Source: Anaerohalosphaeraceae bacterium | GTDB lineage: Bacteria > Planctomycetota > Phycisphaerae > Sedimentisphaerales > Anaerohalosphaeraceae | NCBI GenBank assembly: GCA_963675525.2 | Contig: CAXXSL010000016.1 | Span: forward strand, 576,001-640,000 | Length of the DNA stretch: 64,000 bases | Direction: 5' to 3' | In this document: positions 10,304 to 20,806 of the stretch, piece after piece | Numbering within the stretch: position 1 is the stretch's first letter | Layout: each line of letters starts with the position of its first letter | Translations under genes and position numbers: made by a program | The notes under the pieces: generated by a model | The model's database searches: none | What the model was told of the DNA's origin: nothing | What the model saw: only the letters and a program-made list of their open reading frames with translations

Positions 10304-12031
10304 ATGACAATTCAAAAGATGGAAAAATACAGTTCGGCGATTACGCTTTCGGATATGGAAATCTTTGTTTATCCGGAGTTGATGTACAGCATTGTTCTGG
10401 CCAATATCATGAGTCCGGTTCTATGGCGCTGGCGCGAAGAAGAAACATTTAAAAAACTTGAGGGGAAAAACCCTTATCGGCAACTGATGCGCATGCGCCA
10501 GTACATTATGGACGAATATGAATTTAACCTTGACCTGAATACATGGGGGTTGACGCACAAAGACACCGAGCTGAATCGATTTAAAAATGACATCTCGCCG
10601 GAGGATATCGCCCGCAGCAATGCCCTGTTCGGCTATACCGGCGACCAATACTATTTCGATGTGGATATCCGCCGGCATTTCGGACTGGACCAGTACCACG
10701 GCGATATTATCCCCTACTGGAAAACTGAAACCATTGAGGCAATGAATGCTTTCCGCCTCAAAGACGGCTACCAAACGGGCGCGGGCGAATGTGTTTCCCT
10801 GTCTACATTGTATGCGGCGGCGGCGTTTGTCGTCTGCGGCATCCCGCTGGATGACATTTATATGATCCTGACGCCGCTGCATTCGCAGAACTTCATCGAC
10901 ATGAACGACGGCATCATTACCAACAACCGCCGCCTGGTGACAAAATCCATGTGGTTTAACGGCACGGAGATTTCCAACAAGTCACAACGGGCCATTCGTA
11001 ATGAACAGGTGACGATTGTTGCTCACAACTCCGGCTACATCCACTGTTTTTATGACACCGCCACGATTGACCCGAAACGCTATCAGAAATTTACGGGACT
11101 CTTGCAGGGATACCTGGATACAGACTTAACCGCCTTGAATTTTGCCAACTTTCTTCGCTCATTCGGAATATATCAAAAGTATTTCCAATTCTGCCGGCGG
11201 CGGCGCGGACAGCGCATGTTCGTCAAAGCCGAAATGTTGTTCGGCTATGAACACGGCAGCCGGTTTCGGATATACGACGAGACATTTGAAAAATTGCTGG
11301 ATGATGTGTCCGAAGAGGATTATTGCATCTACATGCTCCCGGAGCGGCTTTGCTGCGAACAATTGATGGCGTTCGTGGAATATGAGAAGATCGATATTCG
11401 CAAACCCGCGGATCGAAAAAAACTGGCGGTATTTATTTCACCGTTCGCTAAAGACGCCGCTGAGCAGTGCATCGAAGACCTGGCGGACTTCCTGCACATT
11501 AATCCACGTTTGCCGGAATCCGACAAACAACACCGGAGTGTCGAACCCATTCGCATCGACCCGGCGTGGGGCCGTGAAGAAATAATAAACTATCTTGAAA
11601 GTATTCGTGACAAAAACACCACGGTCGACCTGGCGTTTTACGCATATCGCGACATGACCCGCTGCGATTGGCGGCCGTTTATCAAAGCAGCGATGGAGCG
11701 AAATCCCGTCTCGGTCGAAGCCCACGCTGAGGACAGCATCGAGCAGGTGTACAGCCAATTGGCTTCGCTGCCGAATGAATCGATCTACGAAGGCCCGCGA
11801 CTAGCACAACCGGACGAGGTGGCTAATTACAGAACCGGCGACGGGATCGAAAAGGCGCTCACCTTAGCCAACATCATTCGCCATCGCCGGCCACAATCAG
11901 ACATCGAAATCATCGCCGACAAGAACAGCGTTACCATCAAGGCCGACAAACAATATACCTTTAACTCCTCCAAGGACTTGTCCAAACATATACGCATCAC
12001 CACCGGCGGTTATGAGATTAGCGGAGAATAA
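10304..12031 (+). CDS. Hypothetical protein, possible transglutaminase/papain-like fold
   Basis: 575 aa; GECVSLSTLYAAA followed by HSQNF; degenerate second copy TGDGIEKALTLA. Confidence 0.6.
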   Translation: MTIQKMEKYSSAITLSDMEIFVYPELMYSIVLANIMSPVLWRWREEETFKKLEGKNPYRQLMRMRQYIMDEYEFNLDLNTWGLTHKDTELNRFKNDISPEDIARSNALFGYTGDQYYFDVDIRRHFGLDQYHGDIIPYWKTETIEAMNAFRLKDGYQTGAGECVSLSTLYAAAAFVVCGIPLDDIYMILTPLHSQNFIDMNDGIITNNRRLVTKSMWFNGTEISNKSQRAIRNEQVTIVAHNSGYIHCFYDTATIDPKRYQKFTGLLQGYLDTDLTALNFANFLRSFGIYQKYFQFCRRRRGQRMFVKAEMLFGYEHGSRFRIYDETFEKLLDDVSEEDYCIYMLPERLCCEQLMAFVEYEKIDIRKPADRKKLAVFISPFAKDAAEQCIEDLADFLHINPRLPESDKQHRSVEPIRIDPAWGREEIINYLESIRDKNTTVDLAFYAYRDMTRCDWRPFIKAAMERNPVSVEAHAEDSIEQVYSQLASLPNESIYEGPRLAQPDEVANYRTGDGIEKALTLANIIRHRRPQSDIEIIADKNSVTIKADKQYTFNSSKDLSKHIRITTGGYEISGE

Positions 12032-12102
12032 GAAACGATGACCCTGAACAGGTAACAGAAATTGTCGCTGCGATGATTTCAGGAATGATTTAAGGAGTGT
12101 TT

Positions 12103-14877
12103 ATGAACAAAATCCAAATGAAAAACAAGGCCTCTCGCCGATTTACGGCCTGTCTGGTTGCCGCAGTCGCGGTGCTGTCCTGTGTTCCGGCCGCTTTAGC
12201 CGTCAACCTGACAAACTTGCGTTGCGAATACCTCGCTGATCCCCTCGGCATCGATGTCATCTGCCCGCGATTGAGCTGGTGGATCGAATCAGTCCACCGC
12301 GGTGAGTGCCAGACGGCCTATCAGGTGCTGGTCGCTTCGACCCCAAAGCTGCTCGCTGCAGAGCGGGGAGACCTGTGGGATAGCGGCAAGGTTGTCTCGG
12401 ACCAAAGTATTCAGGTGGAATATGCAGGTAAGCCCCTGCAGTCGCGGAGCGAGTACCATTGGAAGGTCCGGGCGTGGGATCGCGGCGGCAAACCATCGGC
12501 GTGGAGCGAGCCTGCGATGTGGACGATGGGACTGCTGACGCCCGAGGACTGGAACGCTCAATGGATCGGTGCGGCGTTTAAGGCCGACGCGATCGACTTG
12601 AAGCCGTCTGCCACAATTCAACTCCGCAAGGAGTTCGAGCTGAACAAAAAGATCAAGCGTGCGGCCGTGTACATCTGCGGGCTGGGCTTCTACGAACTGA
12701 GCCTGAACGGTCAGAAGGTCGGTGATCGTGTGCTGGACCCCGGTTGGACGAACTATCGGAAAACCTGCCTCTACACAGCCTACGATATTACCCCTCAGTT
12801 GAGACAGGGACGCAATGCCCTCGGCGTGATGCTGGGCAATGGCATGTACAATGTGCCGGGCGGCCGCTATGTGAAGTTCAAGGGATCTTTCGGCTTGCCC
12901 AAGGTCATTGTTCATCTCTATGTTGAGTATGACGATGGAACATCCGCGGTAGTGGTCAGTGATGAGTCCTGGACATGGACTCCCAGTCCGGTGATTTTCT
13001 CCTGCATCTATGGAGGTGAGGACTACGATGCGCGCAAGGAAATGCCGGGGTGGGACAACGCCGATTTTGATGCTGTTTCGTTTCAGCCGGTAGCCGTGGT
13101 GAATGGACCGGGTGGACGGCTCTCGTCGCAGGCGGCGCCGCCGATTAAGGTGATGACCGAGTACAAGCCCATCAAGGTTACGCAGCCCAAACCCGGTGTG
13201 TGGGTCTATGATTTCGGGCAGAACTGCGCCTCCATGCCGAAGCTGACCGTGAAGGGACCGGCAGGCGCCGGCGTGCGGTTGACACCTGGCGAACTACTGC
13301 ACGACAACGGCTTGGTTTCGCAGGCCAATTGCGGCGGACCGGCGTATTACACCTATACGCTGAAAGGAGAGGGGGCGGAGACATGGATGCCGCGATTCTT
13401 TTATTATGGCTCACGATACCTGCAGGTTGATACCTTCGATCACGACAACAGCGCTGCACCGCAGATCGTAGAGCTGACCTCGCAGTTTGTGCATTCATCG
13501 GCTCAGACGGTCGGGACGTTTACCTGCAAAAATCCATTGGTGAATCGGATTCACGATCTGATCAATGCCGCGATCAAAAGCAACTTGCAAAGTGTGCTGA
13601 CAGATTGTCCGCACCGTGAGAAACTCGGCTGGTTGGAGTGTACACACCTGATGGCCGGCAGCATTATGTACAACTACGATCTTCCGACGTTTTACGCAAA
13701 GATTACCAACGATATGAGCGATGCGCAGCTTGCCAATGGCCTTGTGCCGGAAATCGCTCCGGAGTACACCGTCTTTGGCGGCAACTTCCGCGACTCGCCT
13801 GAATGGGGCAGCGGTTATGTCATCGCGCCATGGCAGGTTTACCAGATGTACGGCGACCGCACCCTGCTGGTAAAGCACTACGAGGGGATGAAGCGGTATG
13901 TCGAATACCTCAAAAGCACCGCCAAAGACAATATCGTAACACATGGCCTCGGCGATTGGTATGATGTCGGTCCGGACAGGCCCGGCGAGTCAAAGCTCAC
14001 GTCGAAAGGCGTGACGGCTACGGCCGTTTACTATCAGGACCTGATCGTTCTGAAAAAAACAGCGGCGCTGCTGGGCAAGCCCGATGAAGCGCATCTGTTC
14101 GAGGAAGAGGCGTCTGCGGTGAAGGAGGCCTTCAATCGGACATTCTTCAACGCCGACAAGAACCAGTACGACCGCAACAGCCAGACTGCCAACGCCATGC
14201 CGCTGGTGCTTGGGCTGGTGCCGGAAGACCGGCGTGCCGCGGTGCTGGATGGATTGGCGGCGCAGATCCGTGCCGGAGGCAACCGCGTGACGGCAGGAGA
14301 CGTGGGCTTTCACTACCTTGTGCGGGCGTTGTCGGATGAGGGATACGGCGACCTTCTGTACGATATATTAATCCGCGACGACGGTCCGGGGTATGCCTAC
14401 CAGCTCAAGATGGGGGCGACTACACTAACGGAAGCGTGGGACACGAATCCACGTAACTCGCAGAATCACTGCATGCTGGGGCACATCGAAGAGTGGTTCT
14501 ACCGCGGCCTCGGCGGCATCTCGTGTGATCCTTCTGGCCCGGGTTTCAAGAAAATCATCCTGAAGCCGCAGATCGTCGGGGATTTGAGCGGAGCGAATGC
14601 AGCATACGATTCGCTGTACGGTCGTATCGTCAGCCAGTGGGAGCGGGAAGGCGACAAATTGACGATGAATATCACGATTCCCGCCAATACCACGGCGACC
14701 GTGTATGTTCCGGCCGGAGATGCCGCCGGAGTAACCGAATCCGGTATGGCCGTCAAACAAGCCGATGGTGTGACGTTCCTGCGTATGGAAAACAGCGCCG
14801 CCGTCTATACCGTGGTTTCCGGAACCTACCGGTTCCAATCCACACTTCCTGAATCACTGATGGGAGTCCGAAATTGA
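12103..14877 (+). CDS. Alpha-L-rhamnosidase (GH78), secreted
   Basis: Signal peptide; LRCEYLADPLGID..PRLSW, TDCPHREKLGW, TTLTEAW..SQNHCMLG. Confidence 0.93.
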   Translation: MNKIQMKNKASRRFTACLVAAVAVLSCVPAALAVNLTNLRCEYLADPLGIDVICPRLSWWIESVHRGECQTAYQVLVASTPKLLAAERGDLWDSGKVVSDQSIQVEYAGKPLQSRSEYHWKVRAWDRGGKPSAWSEPAMWTMGLLTPEDWNAQWIGAAFKADAIDLKPSATIQLRKEFELNKKIKRAAVYICGLGFYELSLNGQKVGDRVLDPGWTNYRKTCLYTAYDITPQLRQGRNALGVMLGNGMYNVPGGRYVKFKGSFGLPKVIVHLYVEYDDGTSAVVVSDESWTWTPSPVIFSCIYGGEDYDARKEMPGWDNADFDAVSFQPVAVVNGPGGRLSSQAAPPIKVMTEYKPIKVTQPKPGVWVYDFGQNCASMPKLTVKGPAGAGVRLTPGELLHDNGLVSQANCGGPAYYTYTLKGEGAETWMPRFFYYGSRYLQVDTFDHDNSAAPQIVELTSQFVHSSAQTVGTFTCKNPLVNRIHDLINAAIKSNLQSVLTDCPHREKLGWLECTHLMAGSIMYNYDLPTFYAKITNDMSDAQLANGLVPEIAPEYTVFGGNFRDSPEWGSGYVIAPWQVYQMYGDRTLLVKHYEGMKRYVEYLKSTAKDNIVTHGLGDWYDVGPDRPGESKLTSKGVTATAVYYQDLIVLKKTAALLGKPDEAHLFEEEASAVKEAFNRTFFNADKNQYDRNSQTANAMPLVLGLVPEDRRAAVLDGLAAQIRAGGNRVTAGDVGFHYLVRALSDEGYGDLLYDILIRDDGPGYAYQLKMGATTLTEAWDTNPRNSQNHCMLGHIEEWFYRGLGGISCDPSGPGFKKIILKPQIVGDLSGANAAYDSLYGRIVSQWEREGDKLTMNITIPANTTATVYVPAGDAAGVTESGMAVKQADGVTFLRMENSAAVYTVVSGTYRFQSTLPESLMGVRN

Positions 14878-14969
14878 AATCCTCGCCGACAAAGAACTTA
14901 TCTTTCGCTCGTGCAAAGATTAATCCGGCAGATTTACATCCAACAGGACCGCTGCGAGGTTGACAGCAT

Positions 14970-15890
14970 ATGACAAATGACAAACATCGAATCGACATCA
15001 TTGCCAGTCTGTGCTGCCTGGGTTTCATCGCCTGCTGGACGATCGGCTCCCTGCAGATCGAATACCTGACAAGCAAAATCGACGTCTGGACACAGAACTT
15101 TGCGCGGTATTCGGTGGCGTGCCTTTTCTGGATGCCGTTTTTGGTTCATCACATTCGCCAAAAGCGTCTGTCCGTCAAGCTATGGGTCGCGGCAATACCG
15201 GTATTCTGCGCCAATATGGTCATGCAGACCTGCTGGGGCGGGTCGTTTTACTATGCCGACCCCGGATTTATTACGTTATTGAATAAAACTTCTATCATTT
15301 GGGTGGCCGGTTTTTCGCTCATTTTTTTCATCGATGAACGGCATCTCTTGAAAAGTGTCTATTTCTGGATCGGGCTGTGTTGCTCACTGACGGGCGTGGT
15401 CGGCGTCATTGTCTTTCAGCATGAGCTGTCATTTCGAACATCCTTCTGGGGCGCCTTTCTGCCCATCGCCAGCTCCATTTCATGGGCTGTTTATACCCTT
15501 ACGGCCAAGGTAATGTTTAAACACACCGATTCACGCATCAGTTTTTCGGTCATTACCATTTATATGGCCGCCGGACTTGGCACGCTGGCATTCTTGTTCG
15601 GCGAACCGGGGCAATTGCTGGACATGAATGCCAAAGACTGGTTCAACCTGGTGACTTCGGGCATTGGCTCAATCGCGCTGGCGCATGTGTTTTATTACAT
15701 CGCCATCCAGCGTATCGGGGCAACGATTCCGGCGATGACGCTACTGGCAACGCCGTTTTGTACTATTATCGCCTCACGAATCATCTACGGCGAAACACTG
15801 ACACGGGGCCAATTAGCCTTCGGCTCAATTCTAATCATCGGTGCCGCCGCCGCCATCCTCGCCCAGCGCGACCTGCAAAAAAACCAATAA
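14970..15890 (+). CDS. DMT/EamA family transporter
   Basis: About 10 TM segments in two EamA-like halves. Confidence 0.85.
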   Translation: MTNDKHRIDIIASLCCLGFIACWTIGSLQIEYLTSKIDVWTQNFARYSVACLFWMPFLVHHIRQKRLSVKLWVAAIPVFCANMVMQTCWGGSFYYADPGFITLLNKTSIIWVAGFSLIFFIDERHLLKSVYFWIGLCCSLTGVVGVIVFQHELSFRTSFWGAFLPIASSISWAVYTLTAKVMFKHTDSRISFSVITIYMAAGLGTLAFLFGEPGQLLDMNAKDWFNLVTSGIGSIALAHVFYYIAIQRIGATIPAMTLLATPFCTIIASRIIYGETLTRGQLAFGSILIIGAAAAILAQRDLQKNQ

Positions 15891-15914
15891 CCACCAGAGA
15901 TATGGAAGATTTTT

Positions 15915-15938
15915 CTAGGGTGGACCATGCCCACGCGG
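15915..15938 (+). repeat. GTAG-type REP-like palindrome
   Basis: CTAGGGTGGACCATGCCCACGCGG; near-identical to the inverted copy at 46989-47012. Confidence 0.65.
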
Positions 15939-15969
15939 TTGTCCATTATAGTGGCACTCTCATCACAAT

Positions 15970-16221
15970 CTATAGAGTCAAGTTTTGTATCGCCTGCACC
16001 GCATCTCGCACTGTTGTGATCATATCGGCTTTTTCGTCCGGCACTGCAATATCGAATTCTTCTTCGACATTCATCATGAACTCCACCTTATCCAAGCTGT
16101 CGAATCCAAAATCGGCGACGAATTGAGAATCGAGCGATATTTGTTCTTTTGGTATATCATGATGGGTGCTGATAAGTTCAATGACCCGTTGACTCAGTGT
16201 TTCGATGGTTTGCGTTGACAT
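15970..16221 (-). CDS. acpP: Acyl carrier protein
   Basis: FVADFGFDSLDKVE with the phosphopantetheine Ser, EEEFDI; AGGAG RBS before MSTQ. Confidence 0.9.
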   Translation of the reverse strand: MSTQTIETLSQRVIELISTHHDIPKEQISLDSQFVADFGFDSLDKVEFMMNVEEEFDIAVPDEKADMITTVRDAVQAIQNLTL

Positions 16222-16552
16222 GTTTATCTCCTGTCTGTTCATTATATTCGTTGATTGCGTTAACTAGTTTTCGGATAGTCTTGAAGTCAGGCGTTGTCCG
16301 GCCCTTCTCGATACGATTCAGCGTTTCAACACGTATGCCCGCAAGCTTCGCCAAATCCTTTTGTGTCAACCCGGCGTCCTGACGCCGCTGCAGTAAACGG
16401 TCGGCCAGACGTTGATCGCTAATGTTCATGGCGTCTAGTACATCATTCTTTGTTTTGCTCTGCGTTAACGCCCGAAATTCATCTTCTTTGACAATAATAT
16501 ACCAAGTTCCGTTCAGTCGAACCCGTTGATAAGCTGTTTTGTGCTTTTGCAT
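16178..16552 (-). CDS. XRE/HTH_3 transcriptional regulator
   Basis: RRQDAGLTQKDLAKLAGIRVETLNRIEKG; 3' end overlaps the ACP start. Confidence 0.85.
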   Translation of the reverse strand: MQKHKTAYQRVRLNGTWYIIVKEDEFRALTQSKTKNDVLDAMNISDQRLADRLLQRRQDAGLTQKDLAKLAGIRVETLNRIEKGRTTPDFKTIRKLVNAINEYNEQTGDKHVNANHRNTESTGH

Positions 16553-16571
16553 AATTGATATATATATCATA

Positions 16572-16589
16572 ATTGACTTAGAAGTCAAT
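16572..16589. promoter_or_regulatory. Perfect palindrome, probable operator of the XRE gene
   Basis: ATTGACTT-AG-AAGTCAAT, overlapping a TTGACT -35 on the minus strand. Confidence 0.6.
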
Positions 16590-16617
16590 GATAATTTAAA
16601 AAAAATTGGAAACTACT

Positions 16618-16664
16618 TGCCATATCACTTAATAATTCATATTATGTGAGTAAATGCTCATATA
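16618..16664 (+). promoter_or_regulatory. ars promoter and ArsR-type operator
   Basis: TTGCCA-N17-TATTAT overlapping the imperfect inverted repeat TATGTGAG-N6-CTCATATA. Confidence 0.6.
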
Positions 16665-16689
16665 GTTATATATTAAGGTGTTTTTTGAT

Positions 16690-17013
16690 ATGGAAATGCG
16701 GATTTTCGAACAACAGGCCGAGATAGCTAAGGCGATTGCCCACCCGGTGCGGGTGGCGGTTTTGGACTATCTAAAGTCCGGCGAGCAGTGCGTCTGCGAC
16801 ATCGCCGAAGCCGTCGGCACCGAGCGCAGCAACCTGTCCAAACATCTGTCGATAATGACCGCCGCAGGCGTACTCGCATCCCGCAGGGACGGGCTGAAGG
16901 TACTATACCGGCTCAAAACGCCGTGCGTGCTGCGCTTTTTGGGCTGCATTAAAGAATGTCTCATCGAACAGGCCGAAGAACAGCAGAAGATGCTGGAAAT
17001 GCTGAATAAGTAA
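16690..17013 (+). CDS. arsR: ArsR/SmtB family repressor
   Basis: KAIAHPVR, EQCVCDI metal-binding box, SNLSKHL. Confidence 0.93.
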   Translation: MEMRIFEQQAEIAKAIAHPVRVAVLDYLKSGEQCVCDIAEAVGTERSNLSKHLSIMTAAGVLASRRDGLKVLYRLKTPCVLRFLGCIKECLIEQAEEQQKMLEMLNK

Positions 17014-17036
17014 ATTTTGAATCGGAGCTATCAATC

Positions 17037-18015
17037 GTGTTATCAATTTTCACAAAACTGGCTGATTTGATTATCTATCAGTGGTTCGGCATGTCGCCGG
17101 ACTCGCATCTGGCCGGCAGTCTGCATTTTTTCATAGAGGATACCACCAAAATCTTCGCCCTGCTGGTCGTTATGATTTACGTTATCGCCTGGGCCAGGGC
17201 CGCACTCAATATCGAACGGGTGCGTGATTACCTCGGCGGCAAACATCGCCTGTTCGGCTATGTCGCCGCCGCGTCATTCGGTGCGGTAACGCCGTTTTGT
17301 TCCTGCTCCAGCATCCCGCTGTTTCTCGGCTTTACGCAGGCTCGCATCCCGATTGGCATTACGATGGCCTTTCTGATTACCTCGCCCATCATCAACGAAG
17401 TCGCCATCGTCCTGCTCGGCAGTCTGCTCGGCGTGAAATTTACCGTCTGTTATGTCACCGTCGGCATTCTGGCCGGTGTGGTCGGAGGCGGTTTTATCGA
17501 CCTGATTGGAGCCGAAAAATATCTGACACCATTGGCCGAATCGGTCAACAGGACACACCCCGAACAGCGGGACAACTCCGCTCCGTATCAAAATGACCCT
17601 GCGCGACCGTCACGCATTTGCCAAAGACGAACTGAAAACCATTTTCAGCCGGGTCTGGAAATGGGTGTTAGTCGGCGTTGGGTTGGGTGCGGTGCTGCAC
17701 GGCCTGGTGCCGGAAAGCTTCGTAGCTAAACATCTTGGCGCCGGCCAGTGGTGGACCGTTCCGGCGGCAACCCTGCTGGGCATCCCCTTGTATTCCAACG
17801 CCAGCGGCGTGATTCCCGTTGCCGAAACGCTCCTGAACAAAGGCCTGCCCGTCGGCACCACACTGGCATTCATGATGAGCACTGTCGCGGCCAGTTTCCC
17901 GGAGTTCATGATGCTCAAGCAGGTCATGAAATTTAAATTGCTGGTAATTTTCTTCCTGCTGCTGCTGACCATGTTTACGACGGTCGGATGGATTTTTAAC
18001 CTGATAACCTTTTAA
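17037..18015 (+). pseudogene. arsP: ArsP/DUF318 permease split by a +1 frameshift near 17545-17592 (possibly a sequencing error)
   Basis: TPFCSCSSIPLF in the first frame; GIPLYSNASG..GTTLAFMMS in the second frame. Confidence 0.85.
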
Positions 18016-18033
18016 TAAGGAACTGAAATTATA

Positions 18034-18520
18034 ATGGAAACATCGATTCAAATAAAACCGATTGGAATCATTCACACGCCTTTTCAGCAGGCACAGGGAA
18101 CCCCGATCCAGCCGGCGAAAGGAAAAGGCGGCAAGGGCTGGGTTGAAATAGATGATGAATACGTCGGAAGGTCTTAAAGATTTGGACGGTTTCGAACGCA
18201 TCTGGCTGCTGTTCTGGTGCCACCGTGCCGGTGAAGTGAAAATGCACGTTAAGCCGTACATGGATACCGAGGTTCGCGGCCTGTTTTCAACCCGTGCACC
18301 GAGTCGTCCGAATGCCATCGGCATGTCCTGTGTCAAACTGCTTGTCCGTCAACGGCAACCGGCTCGAGATTGAAGACGTGGACATGCTCGACGGCACGCC
18401 CCTGCTGGACATCAAACCGTATGTGCGAAAAATTCGACCACTTTCGAGGTAAAACGCTGCGGCTGGACCGACAATCCGCACAAACGAAAACACAAAAGCC
18501 GACAACCGATTTTTCAACGA
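18034..18520 (+). pseudogene. tsaA: TsaA/TrmO-like SAM-dependent methyltransferase with at least three +1 frameshifts; 3' end approximate
   Basis: Segments IKPIGIIHTPF..GTPIQP / GLKDLDGFERIWLLFW..GLFSTRAPSRPNAIG / DMLDGTPLLDIKPY lie in successive frames. Confidence 0.85.
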
Positions 18521-18529
18521 GGAGTAATT

Positions 18530-18761
18530 ATGAAGATACAGATTTTGGGCACCGGCTGTGCCAAGTGCAGCACGTTATACGAAAACGTCAAAGAAGCCGT
18601 CGAAGCTTTGGGCATCGAAGCCGAAATGGAAAAAGTCACCGACCTTGCCGACATCATGGCGTTGGGCGTGATGGTCACGCCGCGCTTTGGCAATTAACGG
18701 GCAGGTTAAAACCAGCGGCAAGGTGCCGTCGGTCGAGGACATAAAACAAATGATTCAATAA
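18530..18761 (+). pseudogene. Small redox-active disulfide protein (Thioredoxin_3) with one +1 frameshift
   Basis: MKIQILGTGCAKC...GVMVTP, extra C near 18683, then ALAINGQVKTSGKVPS. Confidence 0.85.
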
Positions 18762-18782
18762 TTTCTTTTTAAGGAGAACATT

Positions 18783-19155
18783 ATGGAATCGTCAAAGGTT
18801 TGTTCAGGCGGGGATACATTGATTTTTGCATGTTCGGGAGCCGCCGATGTCGGCGCTGTCGCCGACCGGGCCGCCCGGGAAATGACCAAACGAGGTATCG
18901 GTCAAATGTTCTGTCTGGCCGGAATCGGCGGAGGCGTTGAACCGATTCTGCAAAAGACCGAAGCAGGCCAAAAAAATCCTCGCCATCGACGGCTGCGCGA
19001 TGAACTGCGTCAAAAGCTGTCTGCAAAAAGCGGGGTTTCGCCAATTTTTACACTTGCAGCTTGCCGACATCGACATGGCCAAGGGCCAAACACCCCCTAC
19101 AAACGAAAATATTGAGAAGGCCCTGCGAGCCGGTGACGAAATGTTAGAAGCGTAA
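18783..19155 (+). pseudogene. DGC-domain putative zinc-binding protein with one +1 frameshift
   Basis: IFACSGAADVG..MFCLAGIG, extra G near 18960, then ILAIDGCAMNC. Confidence 0.85.
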
Positions 19156-19177
19156 CCGGCATTCAAAAGGGCCGAAC

Positions 19178-20374
19178 ATGGAAAACGGCACAAAAAAACT
19201 CGACACAAAAAGCATGAATATTTTCGAACGGTATTTAACCGTTTGGGTCGGCTTGTGTATTATCGGCGGCATCGTGCTGGGCAAGTTCGCCCCGGGCTTT
19301 GCGAAAACACTGGATGGTATGGCGATTTCCGTCAACAACGCCCCGGTCGTGTCTATTCCAATCGCGGTGTGTCTGTTCTTCATGATGTATCCTATCATGG
19401 TCAAGATCGATTTTGCCGAAGTGCTTCAGGCCGGAAAAAGTATCAAGCCGGTCGGCTTGACATTGTTCATCAACTGGGCCATCAAGCCGTTTACGATGTA
19501 TGCCATCGCCCTGCTGTTTCTCGGGACGCTGTTTCATGGTTTCATCGGCACCGACGCCGTTGATTTGGTTAAAATGCCGTTCGGGCTGGACCTGCCCGTT
19601 GGCCAAACTTACGGCGTCGGAACGGTCATCGACCTCGAAGGCGTCAAAATGCTCCAGGTTCCCCTGTGGCGAAGTTATCTGGCCGGCTGTATTCTGCTGG
19701 GCATTGCCCCCTGCACGGCCATGGTGCTGGTCTGGGGCTATCTGTCCAAAGGCAATGACGGCCATACATTGGTAATGGTCGCCATCAACTCGCTGACGAT
19801 GCTGTTTTTGTACGGCCCGCTGGGCGGGTTTCTTTTGGGCATCGGTCGATTACCCGTGCCGTGGCAGGCGCTGCTGCTGTCGATTTCGATTTATGTCGCG
19901 CTGCCGCTGGCGGCCGGGTTCGTCTCGCGAAAATGGATCATCGCTCACAAAGGAGAGCAATGGTTCAAGGAAAAATTTCTGCATATCTTGACACCCATTA
20001 CCATTATCGCGCTGCTGGCGACGTTGGTTTTATTGTTTTCCTTCAAAGGCGAAACCATTCTCTCCAATCCGTTAACCATTCTGTGGATTGCCATCCCGCT
20101 GTTTATTCAGACCGTCCTGATTTTCGCCCTCGGTTACGGCCTCAGCAAACTGCTGAAATTGAAATATGAAGATGCCGCGCCGTCGGCAATGATCGGCGCA
20201 TCGAACCATTTTGAAGTCGCCATTGCCACATCGACCATGCTGTTCGGCCTGTCGTCCGGTGCGGCCCTAGCGACCGTCGTCGGCGTACTGATTGAAGTGC
20301 CCGTGATGCTGATGCTCGTAAAATTCTGCCTGAAAACAAATGGCTGGTTTCGGAACCCAAAACAGGCTGCTTAA
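19178..20374 (+). CDS. acr3: Acr3 arsenite efflux transporter
   Basis: [47 protein letters not shown]. Confidence 0.96.
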   Translation: MENGTKKLDTKSMNIFERYLTVWVGLCIIGGIVLGKFAPGFAKTLDGMAISVNNAPVVSIPIAVCLFFMMYPIMVKIDFAEVLQAGKSIKPVGLTLFINWAIKPFTMYAIALLFLGTLFHGFIGTDAVDLVKMPFGLDLPVGQTYGVGTVIDLEGVKMLQVPLWRSYLAGCILLGIAPCTAMVLVWGYLSKGNDGHTLVMVAINSLTMLFLYGPLGGFLLGIGRLPVPWQALLLSISIYVALPLAAGFVSRKWIIAHKGEQWFKEKFLHILTPITIIALLATLVLLFSFKGETILSNPLTILWIAIPLFIQTVLIFALGYGLSKLLKLKYEDAAPSAMIGASNHFEVAIATSTMLFGLSSGAALATVVGVLIEVPVMLMLVKFCLKTNGWFRNPKQAA

Positions 20375-20397
20375 CAATAATTGAAAAGGACTATACA

Positions 20398-20802
20398 ATG
20401 AAAGAAACGACTAGAAGATATCTCATCATCGCAGTGTTGTTCGCCGCCGTGTTCGTGCTGGTAACAGCAAAAAATCTTAGAACACAAAAACAGGCCGAGA
20501 ATCTGGCCGATAGCAGCGTCGTTGGACAGGGCAAACCCGTCATGCTGGAGTTGGGGGCGCACTGGTGTGTGCCATGCAAACAGATGACTCCCATCCTGAA
20601 CGAACTGGCTACCGAGCAACAGGTCTTCACTGTAGCCTTTGTGAACGTGGAAACAGATGAAGCAACAACACGCAAGTACGGCATTGAATCCATCCCCGTA
20701 CAAATCTTTTTTGGCGCCGACGGAACGGAACTGTTCCGTCACGTCGGATTCTATCCGAAAGAAGATATTCTCGCCAAATGGAAAGAATTGGGCATCGAGT
20801 AA
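20398..20802 (+). CDS. Membrane-anchored thioredoxin family protein
   Basis: N-terminal TM; WCVPC active site; SIP cis-Pro loop. Confidence 0.9.
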   Translation: MKETTRRYLIIAVLFAAVFVLVTAKNLRTQKQAENLADSSVVGQGKPVMLELGAHWCVPCKQMTPILNELATEQQVFTVAFVNVETDEATTRKYGIESIPVQIFFGADGTELFRHVGFYPKEDILAKWKELGIE

Positions 20803-20806
20803 AAAT

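Noticed and set aside
17545..18965. Programmed ribosomal frameshifting
   Set aside because: No shared slippery sequence; many independent +1 insertions are better explained as errors
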